Assembly: GCA_965248695.1 (NCBI GenBank)
Contig: CBDFKD010000002.1
Location: 512,001 to 576,000, forward strand
Direction: 5' to 3'
Length of the DNA: 64,000 nt
Source: Acidobacteriota bacterium
GTDB taxonomy: Bacteria; Acidobacteriota; UBA890; WLXD01
Notes under the pieces: generated by a model
Seen by the model: the letters and a program-made list of their open reading frames with translations, nothing else
Told to the model about the DNA's origin: nothing
Databases searched by the model: none
Shown here: piece by piece, positions 22,747-31,785 of the stretch
How the letters are laid out: every line of letters starts with the position of its first letter
Position numbering within the stretch: position 1 is the first letter of the stretch
Program-made: the position numbers and the translations under genes

Positions 22747-22959
22747 TCATTCCGTTGACTCGATGAGCGGCACCAGATCGAGAACCGTGATCAGCGCGCT
22801 GCGCGGTACGACCATCACCTCGACCCAGTTCTCCTCGTCGTAGGTGTTGCGCGCGTACACCTTCGCGAAGTCGTCGTTCGGCGCCCTCACCGTGCCGATG
22901 TGAGCCAGGGCATCGCGCCGCTCCTTGCGGGCGAACACCTCGTACAGCTTGCGCCTCAT
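22747..22959 (-). CDS. paaB: PaaB-like small subunit
   Basis: YEVFARK....HIGTVRAP...A..YAR.TYDEE.W. Confidence 0.85.
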   Translation of the reverse strand: MRRKLYEVFARKERRDALAHIGTVRAPNDDFAKVYARNTYDEENWVEVMVVPRSALITVLDLVPLIESTE

Positions 22960-22991
22960 CGGGCGTATCGAGGAGTTCGGGATGTCGGCCG

Positions 22992-23396
22992 TCAAAGGGC
23001 GATCCCGTAGGCACGCATGCGCTGTCGCCCGTCCGGGGAGATGCGCGACGCGGCCCAGTTGACCTCCCACGTCTCGTTTATCTCCACTGATTCGACATCG
23101 GCCTCGCGCAGGAGCCGCTCCCTGATGTCGTCTTTGATCATGCTCACGGCCGGGCAGGCGGTCGAAGTGAAGGTGACATCGACCTCGACACGGTTTGCCG
23201 TGCAACGAATGTCACAGATCAGGCCCAGGTCAACGACGCTCACCGGAATCTCCGGATCGAGCACCTCGCGCAACGCTTCCCACAACGTGGTCGCTTCGGG
23301 ACGGATCGTACGAGCCACTGCGGGCGCCTGCTGGCGACGCAGCGCATCCACCGTCCGATTACACGGGGAGCCGGGGCGCGCCGTGGTGCACGACAT
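22992..23396 (-). CDS. paaD: PaaD/SufT (DUF59) metal-sulfur cluster protein
   Basis: LREVLDPEIPVSVVDLGLI, TSTACP; start overlaps the paaA stop. Confidence 0.88.
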   Translation of the reverse strand: MSCTTARPGSPCNRTVDALRRQQAPAVARTIRPEATTLWEALREVLDPEIPVSVVDLGLICDIRCTANRVEVDVTFTSTACPAVSMIKDDIRERLLREADVESVEINETWEVNWAASRISPDGRQRMRAYGIAL

Positions 23397-24355
23397 CAGA
23401 TGTCCTTGAACATCCAGCCAAAATCGCCTTTGGAGCGCTGGAGATCCTCGATCATGGCCTCGTTTCGAGGACCGCGCGCCTTCCAGCGCTTCACCACCTG
23501 GTCCCAACCGATGTGCTCATCCCAGAGCCATCGCTTGGCTTCGGCGTCGAACTGGAGCGGCAGGTCGTACTCGAGCTCCCAAGCAGTGTCGTCGCCGTTT
23601 CGATGCGCCGGCACGCGCAACCCGATGCTCTCGCAGAACGGCACTACCTCGGTCATCCAGCCCTGCCGGAGCTCGTCGTTCGTAAGCCCCTTCATCTTGT
23701 ATTCGAGTTGCCCGCTATGAGTCTTCAAGTTGTCCGGTAACCCGAACCACTCAACGGTCAACGGGAACATCCAATCAACGGCCTGTTGCACTAGCTCCCG
23801 CCCACTATCGCTGCTATCGACGATCTTCTTCATCCAGCGCCGACCGTGCAGGAGATGGAAGGTCTCCTCCTTGCTCACCTTTACCAGACCCCGTTTCCAG
23901 GGGCCGTACGAGGTGTTCTCGAAGACGTCCCCGAGCAAACAAAACCCTGCCTGGTCGTAGAGAGCGTTCGCAACACACAGCTCAACCCAGGAATCCAGCG
24001 GCACGTCGAACGCGTACGGATAACGGAACTCGTGCGGCTGGCGCTCGTACATGAGCCAGTCGCGATCGACGCCCAGCTCTTCCAGCACACGGTAGGCGAT
24101 GTGCGCGTGGGCAAGCTCATCCTGGATGATCGCCATCGCCGAGATCATGCTGTTGACGGACGGGGCCTTGCGCGCCGCGTAGTAGTACGCCGGCGCGCTC
24201 AACAGCTCGGTGTCACCGGAGACCGTGACGATGTGGCGCAGCTCGCGCTTGTACTCCTCGGTCATCTCACTGACCGACTCGATCAGGCCACCTTCATGGA
24301 CCCGCTCGCGAAGCAGTGCATCGGCGCCCGTGCTCAAGGATACCTCCGGCGACAT
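23396..24355 (-). CDS. paaA: Phenylacetyl-CoA epoxidase catalytic subunit PaaA-like (di-iron)
   Basis: DTE, QDELAH, TSYGPW, KEETFH, EWFG, NDELRQ.W. Confidence 0.88.
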   Translation of the reverse strand: MSPEVSLSTGADALLRERVHEGGLIESVSEMTEEYKRELRHIVTVSGDTELLSAPAYYYAARKAPSVNSMISAMAIIQDELAHAHIAYRVLEELGVDRDWLMYERQPHEFRYPYAFDVPLDSWVELCVANALYDQAGFCLLGDVFENTSYGPWKRGLVKVSKEETFHLLHGRRWMKKIVDSSDSGRELVQQAVDWMFPLTVEWFGLPDNLKTHSGQLEYKMKGLTNDELRQGWMTEVVPFCESIGLRVPAHRNGDDTAWELEYDLPLQFDAEAKRWLWDEHIGWDQVVKRWKARGPRNEAMIEDLQRSKGDFGWMFKDI

Positions 24356-24490
24356 GGAGCGTGGAGAGGCGAGGAACCGCTGAGGTCGTCGTCAGAACTT
24401 ACCTTAGAGGGCACCTGGAGGGCGGGCAAGCTAGCCCTGGCCTGCGGCTTTCCACCTAGAGCTGCATGCGGCCTGGCAGGTCCGAGTCTG

Positions 24491-24718
24491 TCAGACAGCT
24501 GCTTGGCGATGCGTCGGCGAGTCGCCCGAGACCCCCGCGTGAAGAAGCCCCTCGAGCCGCTGACCGCAAGGCTCGCAGACGAGACAATGCGCCAGGATAG
24601 CCACCGCGTGGCCGCTGGCCAGCGTGCCGCGGACGTAGTGTCGGAACTCGATCTCAGACGGATGACCTTCGTCCGGCCGGATCGGCGACGTACCGGAACG
24701 GCTCGGGTTGGCCGTCAA
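24491..24718 (-). CDS. Stand-alone zf-HC2-like zinc-finger mini-protein
   Basis: HP......YVRGTL....HCLVCEPC; TTG start overlaps the upstream stop. Confidence 0.6.
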   Translation of the reverse strand: MTANPSRSGTSPIRPDEGHPSEIEFRHYVRGTLASGHAVAILAHCLVCEPCGQRLEGLLHAGVSGDSPTHRQAAV

Positions 24719-24933
24719 TGAGTCGTGCCTGAGGCGGCGTAGGCTTCGCCAAGGCCGGCGTACGACCGTTCCAGGCCAGCGGCTGCTCGCAGCCACAGCA
24801 GTCCACGCGCTTGATTGCCGCAGGTCTCACAGACCAGGCAATGTCGATGCAGGCGCCGCGTCTCTTCGGGGGAAAGCGCGCCGCGGGTAAACGCGACGAG
24901 CTCCAGCGCTTCGGGATGGATCGTACATTTCAT
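24715..24933 (-). CDS. Stand-alone zf-HC2-like zinc-finger mini-protein
   Basis: MKCTIHPEALELVAFTRGALS...HCLVCETC. Confidence 0.7.
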   Translation of the reverse strand: MKCTIHPEALELVAFTRGALSPEETRRLHRHCLVCETCGNQARGLLWLRAAAGLERSYAGLGEAYAASGTTH

Positions 24934-25049
24934 CGAGGATGTCCTTTGCCAGCCGCGCCCGCACCGTGGTGCTGTCCGGCGCGGGACGGCGTGCGGAGCC
25001 GATTTGGTGGCTCCGCACGCAGCACCCGGCTCGGTGTCGAACGGCGCTC

Positions 25050-25667
25050 CTATGGCCGGTCCAGTGAGGCGTCCGTGGTGAGTGCCACGGAACTGACCAC
25101 CGGGGCGGTCATCGCAGAGCGGGCCCAAGTGCGCACCACCTCCTGATCGGCGTCGTTCAGCACGCCGTCCCAGGCGGCGATGCCGCGGGTCAGTGGGTCG
25201 ATCCCCAGAGTGCTCGGATACGCGGTCAGGCCCAACAGCGGCAGCACTGCCTTGTCGACGAGCCGAACCGGCAAGTCGAGCTCATGCGTGGCGAGAAACT
25301 CCTGCGTTTCGTCAGGCGTACTCACCGACAGCACGTAGATCTCCGGCGCTCGTGGACCGAGCTCGGCGATCTGCGAAGCCAGGCTCCGCCACTCCGGCAT
25401 GTTTTGCTCGCAGAAGGGGCACGCCGTGCTCAACACGAACAGCATCAGCGGCCGCGGGCGACCGCTGACATCGAGCGCAGACGGCTCTCCGGTCAACGTC
25501 CGGCCCGGGATATCAACCGGCGCTGTGAGCGGACCGTTGATCCTCGAGGCCTGCCCGTGGGTGACGTAGTTGTGGTGCATCATCTGGCCTAGCCAGGCAG
25601 TCCCGGCGACCAGTACCAGGATGAGCCCCACCTCGGCGATCTTGGCAATCCGGGGCATCGACGTCAT
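25050..25667 (-). CDS. Membrane-anchored TlpA/redoxin-type thiol-disulfide oxidoreductase
   Basis: N-terminal TM helix, STACPFC, AYPST cis-Pro loop. Confidence 0.85.
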   Translation of the reverse strand: MTSMPRIAKIAEVGLILVLVAGTAWLGQMMHHNYVTHGQASRINGPLTAPVDIPGRTLTGEPSALDVSGRPRPLMLFVLSTACPFCEQNMPEWRSLASQIAELGPRAPEIYVLSVSTPDETQEFLATHELDLPVRLVDKAVLPLLGLTAYPSTLGIDPLTRGIAAWDGVLNDADQEVVRTWARSAMTAPVVSSVALTTDASLDRP

Positions 25668-25670
25668 CTC

Positions 25671-25895
25671 CTAGACGACGCAGATGCTTCTGCCTCTGGA
25701 GCCGTCCTCACAGACCCAAACGCAACCGCAGCCAGCGCTACCGTACGCGGCACAATCGCCGCAGTTGTCCGAGCACTCCTGACCACAGGAGCTATGCGAC
25801 GCCTCGACCTGTTCGGCCTGAAACGACAGGCCGAAGACCAAGAGAATCGCCCAGCTGATGAGCAGTACCTTCTTCCAGTTGATTGAGCGTCGCAC
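25671..25895 (-). CDS. Secreted cysteine-rich mini-protein (8 Cys)
   Basis: GGAGG RBS before GTG; basic n-region, hydrophobic h-region, VEA cleavage site; 42-aa mature part with 8 Cys; stop 3 nt from the redoxin start. Confidence 0.8.
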   Translation of the reverse strand: MRRSINWKKVLLISWAILLVFGLSFQAEQVEASHSSCGQECSDNCGDCAAYGSAGCGCVWVCEDGSRGRSICVV

Positions 25896-26121
25896 CGTAC
25901 TCCTCCGGTAACGAGTGATGGGTTTGCTATCACCGAACGGAGGAGCAAGACGGATGCCGAAAGGACGCGACGCTCAGTCGCTGCGGGGCAACTCTTGTCG
26001 GGGCAAGAACTTACGGGTGATGGTCCGCAGCAGCCATGGCTTCAGGGGCCGGTGGCAAGTAACGGCGGGTCGCAATCCCGCCGGACGCCCCCGCCCGGCG
26101 GCGGGCGGGGCACGGCGACGG

Positions 26122-26964
26122 CTAGCTGAGCTCGAGTAGAAGCTGGTTGACTGCTTCCTGGACCCTGTCACCGTCGGATGACCCGTCGTGCTGGACGATA
26201 CGAGCCAACAACGTGCGAGCAGCGGCGTACTCGCCGGCCTGCACTTGGAGTCGAGCCAGGTAATAGGCAGCGGCGCGCCCCGCCGTACCCCACTCACTGT
26301 CCGAATCCTGCAACCTCGACACGTGGGCCTCGAGCGCCTGGCGGGCGGCCGGCATTCGGCGTCCCTCGAAAAACAGCGCCAAGCCGAGCAGGAGTGTCCC
26401 GTCTGGGTGATACACGCTGGCGAATTCGGCGAGATGGCTGCCCGCCTCACCGTAGCGAGCATCGCCGAGCGCGCCAACGCCGGCCAGCAGGGCGATGGAC
26501 CTATCAGCCTCTGCCCCTGAGCCCGTAACCACACGGCCGGGCTCGTGCACAGCCTCCAACATGAAAGCAATCGCGCCGAGGATTCGAGCGTCCGAGGGTG
26601 TCACTTCGAGATAGTCGCGGCCGGCGAGCTCGGGCGGAGGCGCTGCCCCCGGCGAGGCCGCGACGGCGGCGTGATTGTCGGTCGAACCGGCAACGGATCG
26701 TTCGGTGCCAAACCCGACGAACCAGACCGCAGCACCGACGAGCAGCACCGCTGCGGCAGCTGCGGCGACAGACCGATGTGCGTACCACGGCGCCTGGTTC
26801 TGTCGCGGCGCGGCGCGGCGCAGGAGGATCACGGCGGCCAGCTGATCGCCGCAATCGCGGCATGCAAAACAATGCTCACGCACCTCATCGGCGCGGTCTT
26901 GGCTCAGTGAGCCACGAACATAGTCGACCATGTCCAGAGGATCTGCGTGCATCCCCACACTCAT
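26122..26964 (-). CDS. zf-HC2 anti-sigma factor with TM helix and TPR-like periplasmic domain
   Basis: HCFACRDC, TM AAAAAVLLVGAAVWFVGF, helical repeats (AAYYLARL); overlaps the sigma stop. Confidence 0.85.
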   Translation of the reverse strand: MSVGMHADPLDMVDYVRGSLSQDRADEVREHCFACRDCGDQLAAVILLRRAAPRQNQAPWYAHRSVAAAAAAVLLVGAAVWFVGFGTERSVAGSTDNHAAVAASPGAAPPPELAGRDYLEVTPSDARILGAIAFMLEAVHEPGRVVTGSGAEADRSIALLAGVGALGDARYGEAGSHLAEFASVYHPDGTLLLGLALFFEGRRMPAARQALEAHVSRLQDSDSEWGTAGRAAAYYLARLQVQAGEYAAARTLLARIVQHDGSSDGDRVQEAVNQLLLELS

Positions 26965-27520
26965 GTCTGCCCGCCACCGTTCGATTCCACACTCACTCGA
27001 CGTCCGAGTTGTGACAACGCTGCCTGCAACCGGCTGTGTACCGTGCTGATCGGCGCGTCCTGAATCGCCGCCACTTCGCGTAGCTTCATCGGCGGATCCC
27101 GCAATACAAGCAGCTCGAGCACCTCGCGATGGACCGGTTCGAGACCATCGAGCAGCCGGAGCGCCGTCTCCACGAGCTTCCGTTGGGTGCGCGACCTCTC
27201 CGCACCGAGCAACATTCGCAAAGGATCGGAAGCAACTTCCTCGCTCGGCGCGGGTGCAGATACCTCATCCAACGGCCGAGTCGGCGCCGTTGCTGGAACA
27301 GTTGCAATGCTGCAGTGCGAACCGCCGTGAGCACGTAGTTATGGGCGTCCTGCTCGCTGCCGAACGTGGGGCGCGCATGCACGGTTCGAGCGACGGCTTC
27401 CTGAACAACTTCCTCCGCGTCCGTCACATTACCAGTGAGGGACAACGCGTACCCTCTCCAACGATGAAAGCGGGAGAGCCACGCCTTTTCGATGTAGTCG
27501 TAGGAAGTTATCGATGCCAC
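26961..27520 (-). CDS. ECF RNA polymerase sigma factor, frameshifted near 27275
   Basis: Region 2 DAEEVVQEA in ORF 27086..27520; region 4 LREVA...ISTVHSRL in ORF 26961..27272. Confidence 0.85.
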
Positions 27521-27730
27521 GGGATCGCAGTCCTCCGAAGGCCAAGTTGCACGACCAGCGCATTCTATCCTTGTCCGGTTGCCGCAACGGCGTCAATGGG
27601 CCGTTCGGAAACCGCCGGACCACCGGCCTCTGACCACAAAAAACTTCTACAAATACGCCCGACAACAACGTCGCGCCCGATGCTTCCAGGCGCTGTGCCG
27701 GTTACGATTCCATTGGAGGCAGAATCACGG

Positions 27731-28715
27731 ATGGCTCGTGCGACGTACCCCAGGTCAGCCTCAGCCGGCGCAACGCAGCGAAAGCCGCTTACTCGGCGGC
27801 AGCGACACGATGGGTCAGGTTCGCGATCAGATCAAGGTCGCCGCGCAGTTCAGCGAACCGGTGCTCGTGTTGGGCGAGACCGGTGTCGGCAAGGAGCTGG
27901 TGGCGCAGCAGATCCACAGCCGCAGCCCGCGGTCTCAGGCGAGAGCCGGGCTCCAGGTCGTCAACTGCGCCGGGCTGAGCCCCGATGTGCTCGCCGCCGA
28001 GCTGTTTGGCCACCGCCGCGGTGCGTTCACCGGTGCTGATCGTGATCGCAGCGGTCGGATCAGGTCGGCAGACGGCTCGACCATGGTCCTCGATGAGATC
28101 AGCGAAGCTCCTCCGTCACTCCAAGCCACCGTCCTGCGTACCGTGGAGTATGGCGAAGTGCAGCCGGTCGGTTCGGATTTTCTTTTCCGCGTCGATGTGC
28201 GCTTCGTCGCCACCAGCAACAGAACGCTGACAGAGCTCGGGCTCAGTGATGCGTTCCGCACCGACCTGTTACACCGCCTTGCGGCATTTGTAATCGAAAT
28301 CCCGCCACTGCGGCACCGGTCTGCTGATCTGGACGAGATCGCCGCCGCGTACCTCGCAACACTCGCCGATCGGTACGGGCGCGAGTGCGAATTGAGCGTC
28401 GGAGGCATGGCCCTCCTGCACGAGCATTCGTTCCCGGGCAACGTACGCGAGCTGCGACAAATTCTGTTGCGAGCCTATGCTGCATCCACCGGCGGTCACA
28501 TCGCCCCGGACGCAATTGCGGCAGCAATCCTCCCGACCGACCACGAAGCCGCTGGCATCTCCGACATCAGACCGCAGACGCTGTCCTACCGCACATTCCT
28601 CAACGCGTTCCGCGCCGAGACCGGCATGTCGCCGAGTGGCTTCCAGAGACGCGCCCTCGCCACCGTTCGAGCACCGGCGGTCGAAGCCCGGACGCCTTAT
28701 CGGCGCTCCGCCTGA
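27731..28715 (+). CDS. Sigma54-type AAA+ activator, no sensor domain, AraC-like C-terminus; start uncertain
   Basis: GETGVGKE, ELFGH..GAFTGA, LDEI, FPGNVREL; tail FLNAFRAETGMSPSGF; the RBS-preceded ATG at 27731 is out of frame with the AAA+ ORF. Confidence 0.82.
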
Positions 28716-28724
28716 ACAACCGGA

Positions 28725-29102
28725 TCAGCCGATAATCTCGGCGATCTCTTCGGTGTTGGGTACCGCCAGCACGAACGCCGCGGTACCGCTGGTGCGATTG
28801 CTAACGGTGTACGAATGATCGATGTTGATCCCGGCCTGGCCGAGCTCCCGGGCGATCTCGGCCAGGTTACCCGGCTCGTCGGGAACCACGAGGCGCAATA
28901 CATCGACGAGCTCGACGGCGAACCCGTGCCCGACCAGAATCTCAGCCGCCTGTTCGGGGTCGCTGCTGAGAATATGGGCGGTGTCTCCCCAGACGGCAAA
29001 GCCGAGGATGTTGATCTCGCGGCCGCCAAGCACCTCGGAGATCGTCCCCAACACGCCGGGTTTATCGGCCACCTGAACTCTCAGCTCGCGCGCCGCCGCC
29101 AT
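28725..29102 (-). CDS. Tandem ACT domain protein
   Basis: DKPGVLG...INI and DEPGNLA...INI repeats. Confidence 0.88.
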   Translation of the reverse strand: MAAARELRVQVADKPGVLGTISEVLGGREINILGFAVWGDTAHILSSDPEQAAEILVGHGFAVELVDVLRLVVPDEPGNLAEIARELGQAGINIDHSYTVSNRTSGTAAFVLAVPNTEEIAEIIG

Positions 29103-29176
29103 CGTCCCTCCACCGTGGGCCCACCGGGCATCATCGTAGCAGCCGCCCGAACGGCACAGTAGAGGTGCAACGTGTG

Positions 29177-29973
29177 CTATTCCGTCGTCGCGGTCTTGCG
29201 TCGGCGGTAACACGTCCACATTTCGCGAACCCAGTCAGCAACCGGACGAACCGCCACCTCTTCCAGGAATCGAGTCATCTCTTCCGGGGGGTATCCCGGC
29301 GGTAGCGGCGAGTTCTCGATCGCTCGCGCGTCCCAAGGCGATCCGGGTGGGCGAACGGCGGGCCCGAGCACGGCGGCTGCGGTCAGATCGGCGGCCCGGT
29401 GAAATGGTCTCCGACCAGGAACGGCCCGGTGACCGTCGAGATCCACTCCTCCAGCTGGTCGAGGGCGGTCAGCAGCTCAGCGCGCCGGCGAACGGTGTTG
29501 TCGGCGGTGAGGGTGCGCCGCCTGCGCATGCCGCGCTGAACGAGCGGCACCGAGAGCCGTACCAGCAAGCGCCCGGCCGGCCCCAGACCCTGCTGGAAGA
29601 CGTGCCGAAGCACCTCCGGATGCTGCGTGATGTGGAAGTACAGGTAGCGCGAGACGTTTGGGGCACAGTGCTCGTCGCAGAAATCCTCGATTTCGGCAGC
29701 CCTGACAGCGTGCTCGGCATCGTGCGGGAAGAGGGGCGGATCCGGGCGAATCCGATCGAGGTAATGAAGGATATCCGTCGAGTCCTTGACCACCACATTG
29801 GTGTCGGAATCGACCAGAACCGGCACCGTCGACGTTCCAGCCACACGCTTGACGGTGAGGATGTGGGCACCGGGAACCAGCAGCCGCGAGCGATACGGTA
29901 GCCCCTTGTAGTCGAGAGCCCAGCGCACCTTCTCGCTGAAGTGCGATACGTACAGATGGTAGAGCGTCAGCAC
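29177..29973 (-). CDS. Glutathione S-transferase family protein, frameshifted near 29390
   Basis: SHFSEKVRWALD, TVPVL, DSTDI; GDHFT continues as ADLTAAA in ORF 29177..29446. Confidence 0.85.
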
Positions 29974-30039
29974 GGCGCGAACTCGCGATAACCTATCGTA
30001 ACGGCTTGACCTGACCGCGCCACGCAACAGGATGGAAGC

Positions 30040-30267
30040 ATGCGTTTCCGCGTCAAGGTGAATCCGAGCTCCAAATCAGAAGGTGTCCGACTGCTGGAGG
30101 AGGGGTTCTATCAGGTGCGCACGCGTGCCCCCGCAGAGGGCGGCATGGCCAACCGACGTGTGCTGGAGCTGCTGGCACGCGAGCTCGGGTGCAGGGTCGA
30201 CAACCTGCGGATCGTCGCTGGCGCCACCGGCACGCTCAAACAGGTGGAGCTGCTCCGCACCCCATAA
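30040..30267 (+). CDS. DUF167/YggU family protein
   Basis: VKVNP.S, APAEGG.AN, IVAGATGTLK. Confidence 0.88.
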   Translation: MRFRVKVNPSSKSEGVRLLEEGFYQVRTRAPAEGGMANRRVLELLARELGCRVDNLRIVAGATGTLKQVELLRTP

Positions 30268-30277
30268 CCAACCCCGG

Positions 30278-30928
30278 TCAAACGAGCACCGGCCCGCTCG
30301 CGATCCGGCGTGCCAGTAGCAGGCCCCAGGGACCCCAGAGCACGTACGCCATACGCAGCGGCGCCGCTCCGGCTGGAACTTCCAGCACCAGGTGGGCCCC
30401 GACGGCAAGCACAGCCAGCGCCGCGAATCCACTCGACAGGTAGCCGAAGCCGCGCCCTGCTGCCGGCCGATCGGGCGACGTGGCGTGGCCGGCGCGCAAT
30501 ACGTGCCATCCGATCGCGCCCCACCACGACCCGACCGCCAGAACCGCCATCACCTCGCTCAACATCATTGGCCAGTCGGCAAGGTCGGCAAGCAGACCGA
30601 GCGCCGAGACCAGGAACCCCGCTGCGCCGAGAAGCGCCCATGAGCGCATATGTCTGGAACGACGTGGCAAGGCCGGCCGGGCACCGAGTGCTACCGAAGC
30701 GGCGGCCAATCCCAGACCGGCCAGCGCGAAGCCCCAGCCCACGACAAGTCCGGATTGACCCGCCAGATGAAAGAACAGGGCCACGGTGGAGGCCAGGGCC
30801 GTGGCACCACCGAAGAGCGCCGCCCGCGCCGCTGGTAGCTGCCAACCGGCAGCCGCGGGGCTGTCGCTTGCAGGCGCCTGAGGTTCGCCGCCCGCGCTGT
30901 CTGTCGAGCGTTCGTCGCTGGGTTCCAT
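30278..30928 (-). CDS. Hypothetical membrane protein
   Basis: About six hydrophobic segments. Confidence 0.6.
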   Translation of the reverse strand: MEPSDERSTDSAGGEPQAPASDSPAAAGWQLPAARAALFGGATALASTVALFFHLAGQSGLVVGWGFALAGLGLAAASVALGARPALPRRSRHMRSWALLGAAGFLVSALGLLADLADWPMMLSEVMAVLAVGSWWGAIGWHVLRAGHATSPDRPAAGRGFGYLSSGFAALAVLAVGAHLVLEVPAGAAPLRMAYVLWGPWGLLLARRIASGPVLV

Positions 30929-31035
30929 CGGTCACCGGTTACGGGGCCGAGATCTATCTGAGAGTAGCAGCTCTACGCCGGATGGCGGACCGAGAAGGCA
31001 AGTCCAGCGCGTAGAACGCCAGTCAGCGAGATACT

Positions 31036-31785
31036 TCAGGTAAGCAGCACGAACGCGGCGGCGGAAGCGGCTACCTGGATGGTGAAGTTGTCCAGGCCAT
31101 GGTTGCTCACCGCCTCGACAAGCGCTCCGAAGACGCCACAGGCAATCCCGACCGCCAGCGCGGCGCCGCCGGAAAGCCCGAACAGGTACAACCCGGTCGC
31201 AGCGGCGAACGCACCGCCAAGGCAGACCGCAAGAGAGCCCTCGAGTGTTCGGTGCGCCCGTACGCCGCCGATCGACGGCACGCGATAGCCGTGCTTCCCC
31301 CATCGCGACCCCACCGGCTCACCCAACGCGTCACCCCAGCCGCAGACGAGATAGCCGACGAAAGCGAACTGCGGGAAGAACAGATTGCTGGCCAGCCCGC
31401 CGGCAGCGGTGGTGGCCAACGGCACGAGGATGAACAGCGATCGGCGCGGCCGATCGGTGTCACGCGCCATCGCCTCGTAGACCGGATAGCCATCGCCACG
31501 CCAGACCGCATAGAGCACAATCGCGGCAACCAGGCTGCCGAACAACGAAACCGCCGGCAGACCCCAGGCAATCTGGACGAGCCCGGCAACGGTGAAGATC
31601 GAGAAGTGGAAGATCTTCCGCGTGTACGACACGCGCACACCACGTGAGCTCCGCAGCCAGCCGGCGAACCACGCCGCCGATGCCCCATAGGCCAGAAACA
31701 GCGGCCCGAGCGCGTACAGCATCCACGGCGTCGGAATTGTTCCGAGCAGGAAACTCCAGCTCCGCACAACCAACTCGCCAGCCAC
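31036..31785 (-). CDS. Phytol/dolichol kinase-like (CTP_transf_1 clan) membrane protein
   Basis: YTRKIFH, WGDALGEPVG..WGKH, RTLEGS, GLDN. Confidence 0.85.
   Translation of the reverse strand: MAGELVVRSWSFLLGTIPTPWMLYALGPLFLAYGASAAWFAGWLRSSRGVRVSYTRKIFHFSIFTVAGLVQIAWGLPAVSLFGSLVAAIVLYAVWRGDGYPVYEAMARDTDRPRRSLFILVPLATTAAGGLASNLFFPQFAFVGYLVCGWGDALGEPVGSRWGKHGYRVPSIGGVRAHRTLEGSLAVCLGGAFAAATGLYLFGLSGGAALAVGIACGVFGALVEAVSNHGLDNFTIQVAASAAAFVLLT

Noticed and set aside
27260-27290. Programmed frameshift or split ECF sigma factor
   Set aside because: No slippery sequence, and similar breaks occur throughout the window; an indel error is more likely
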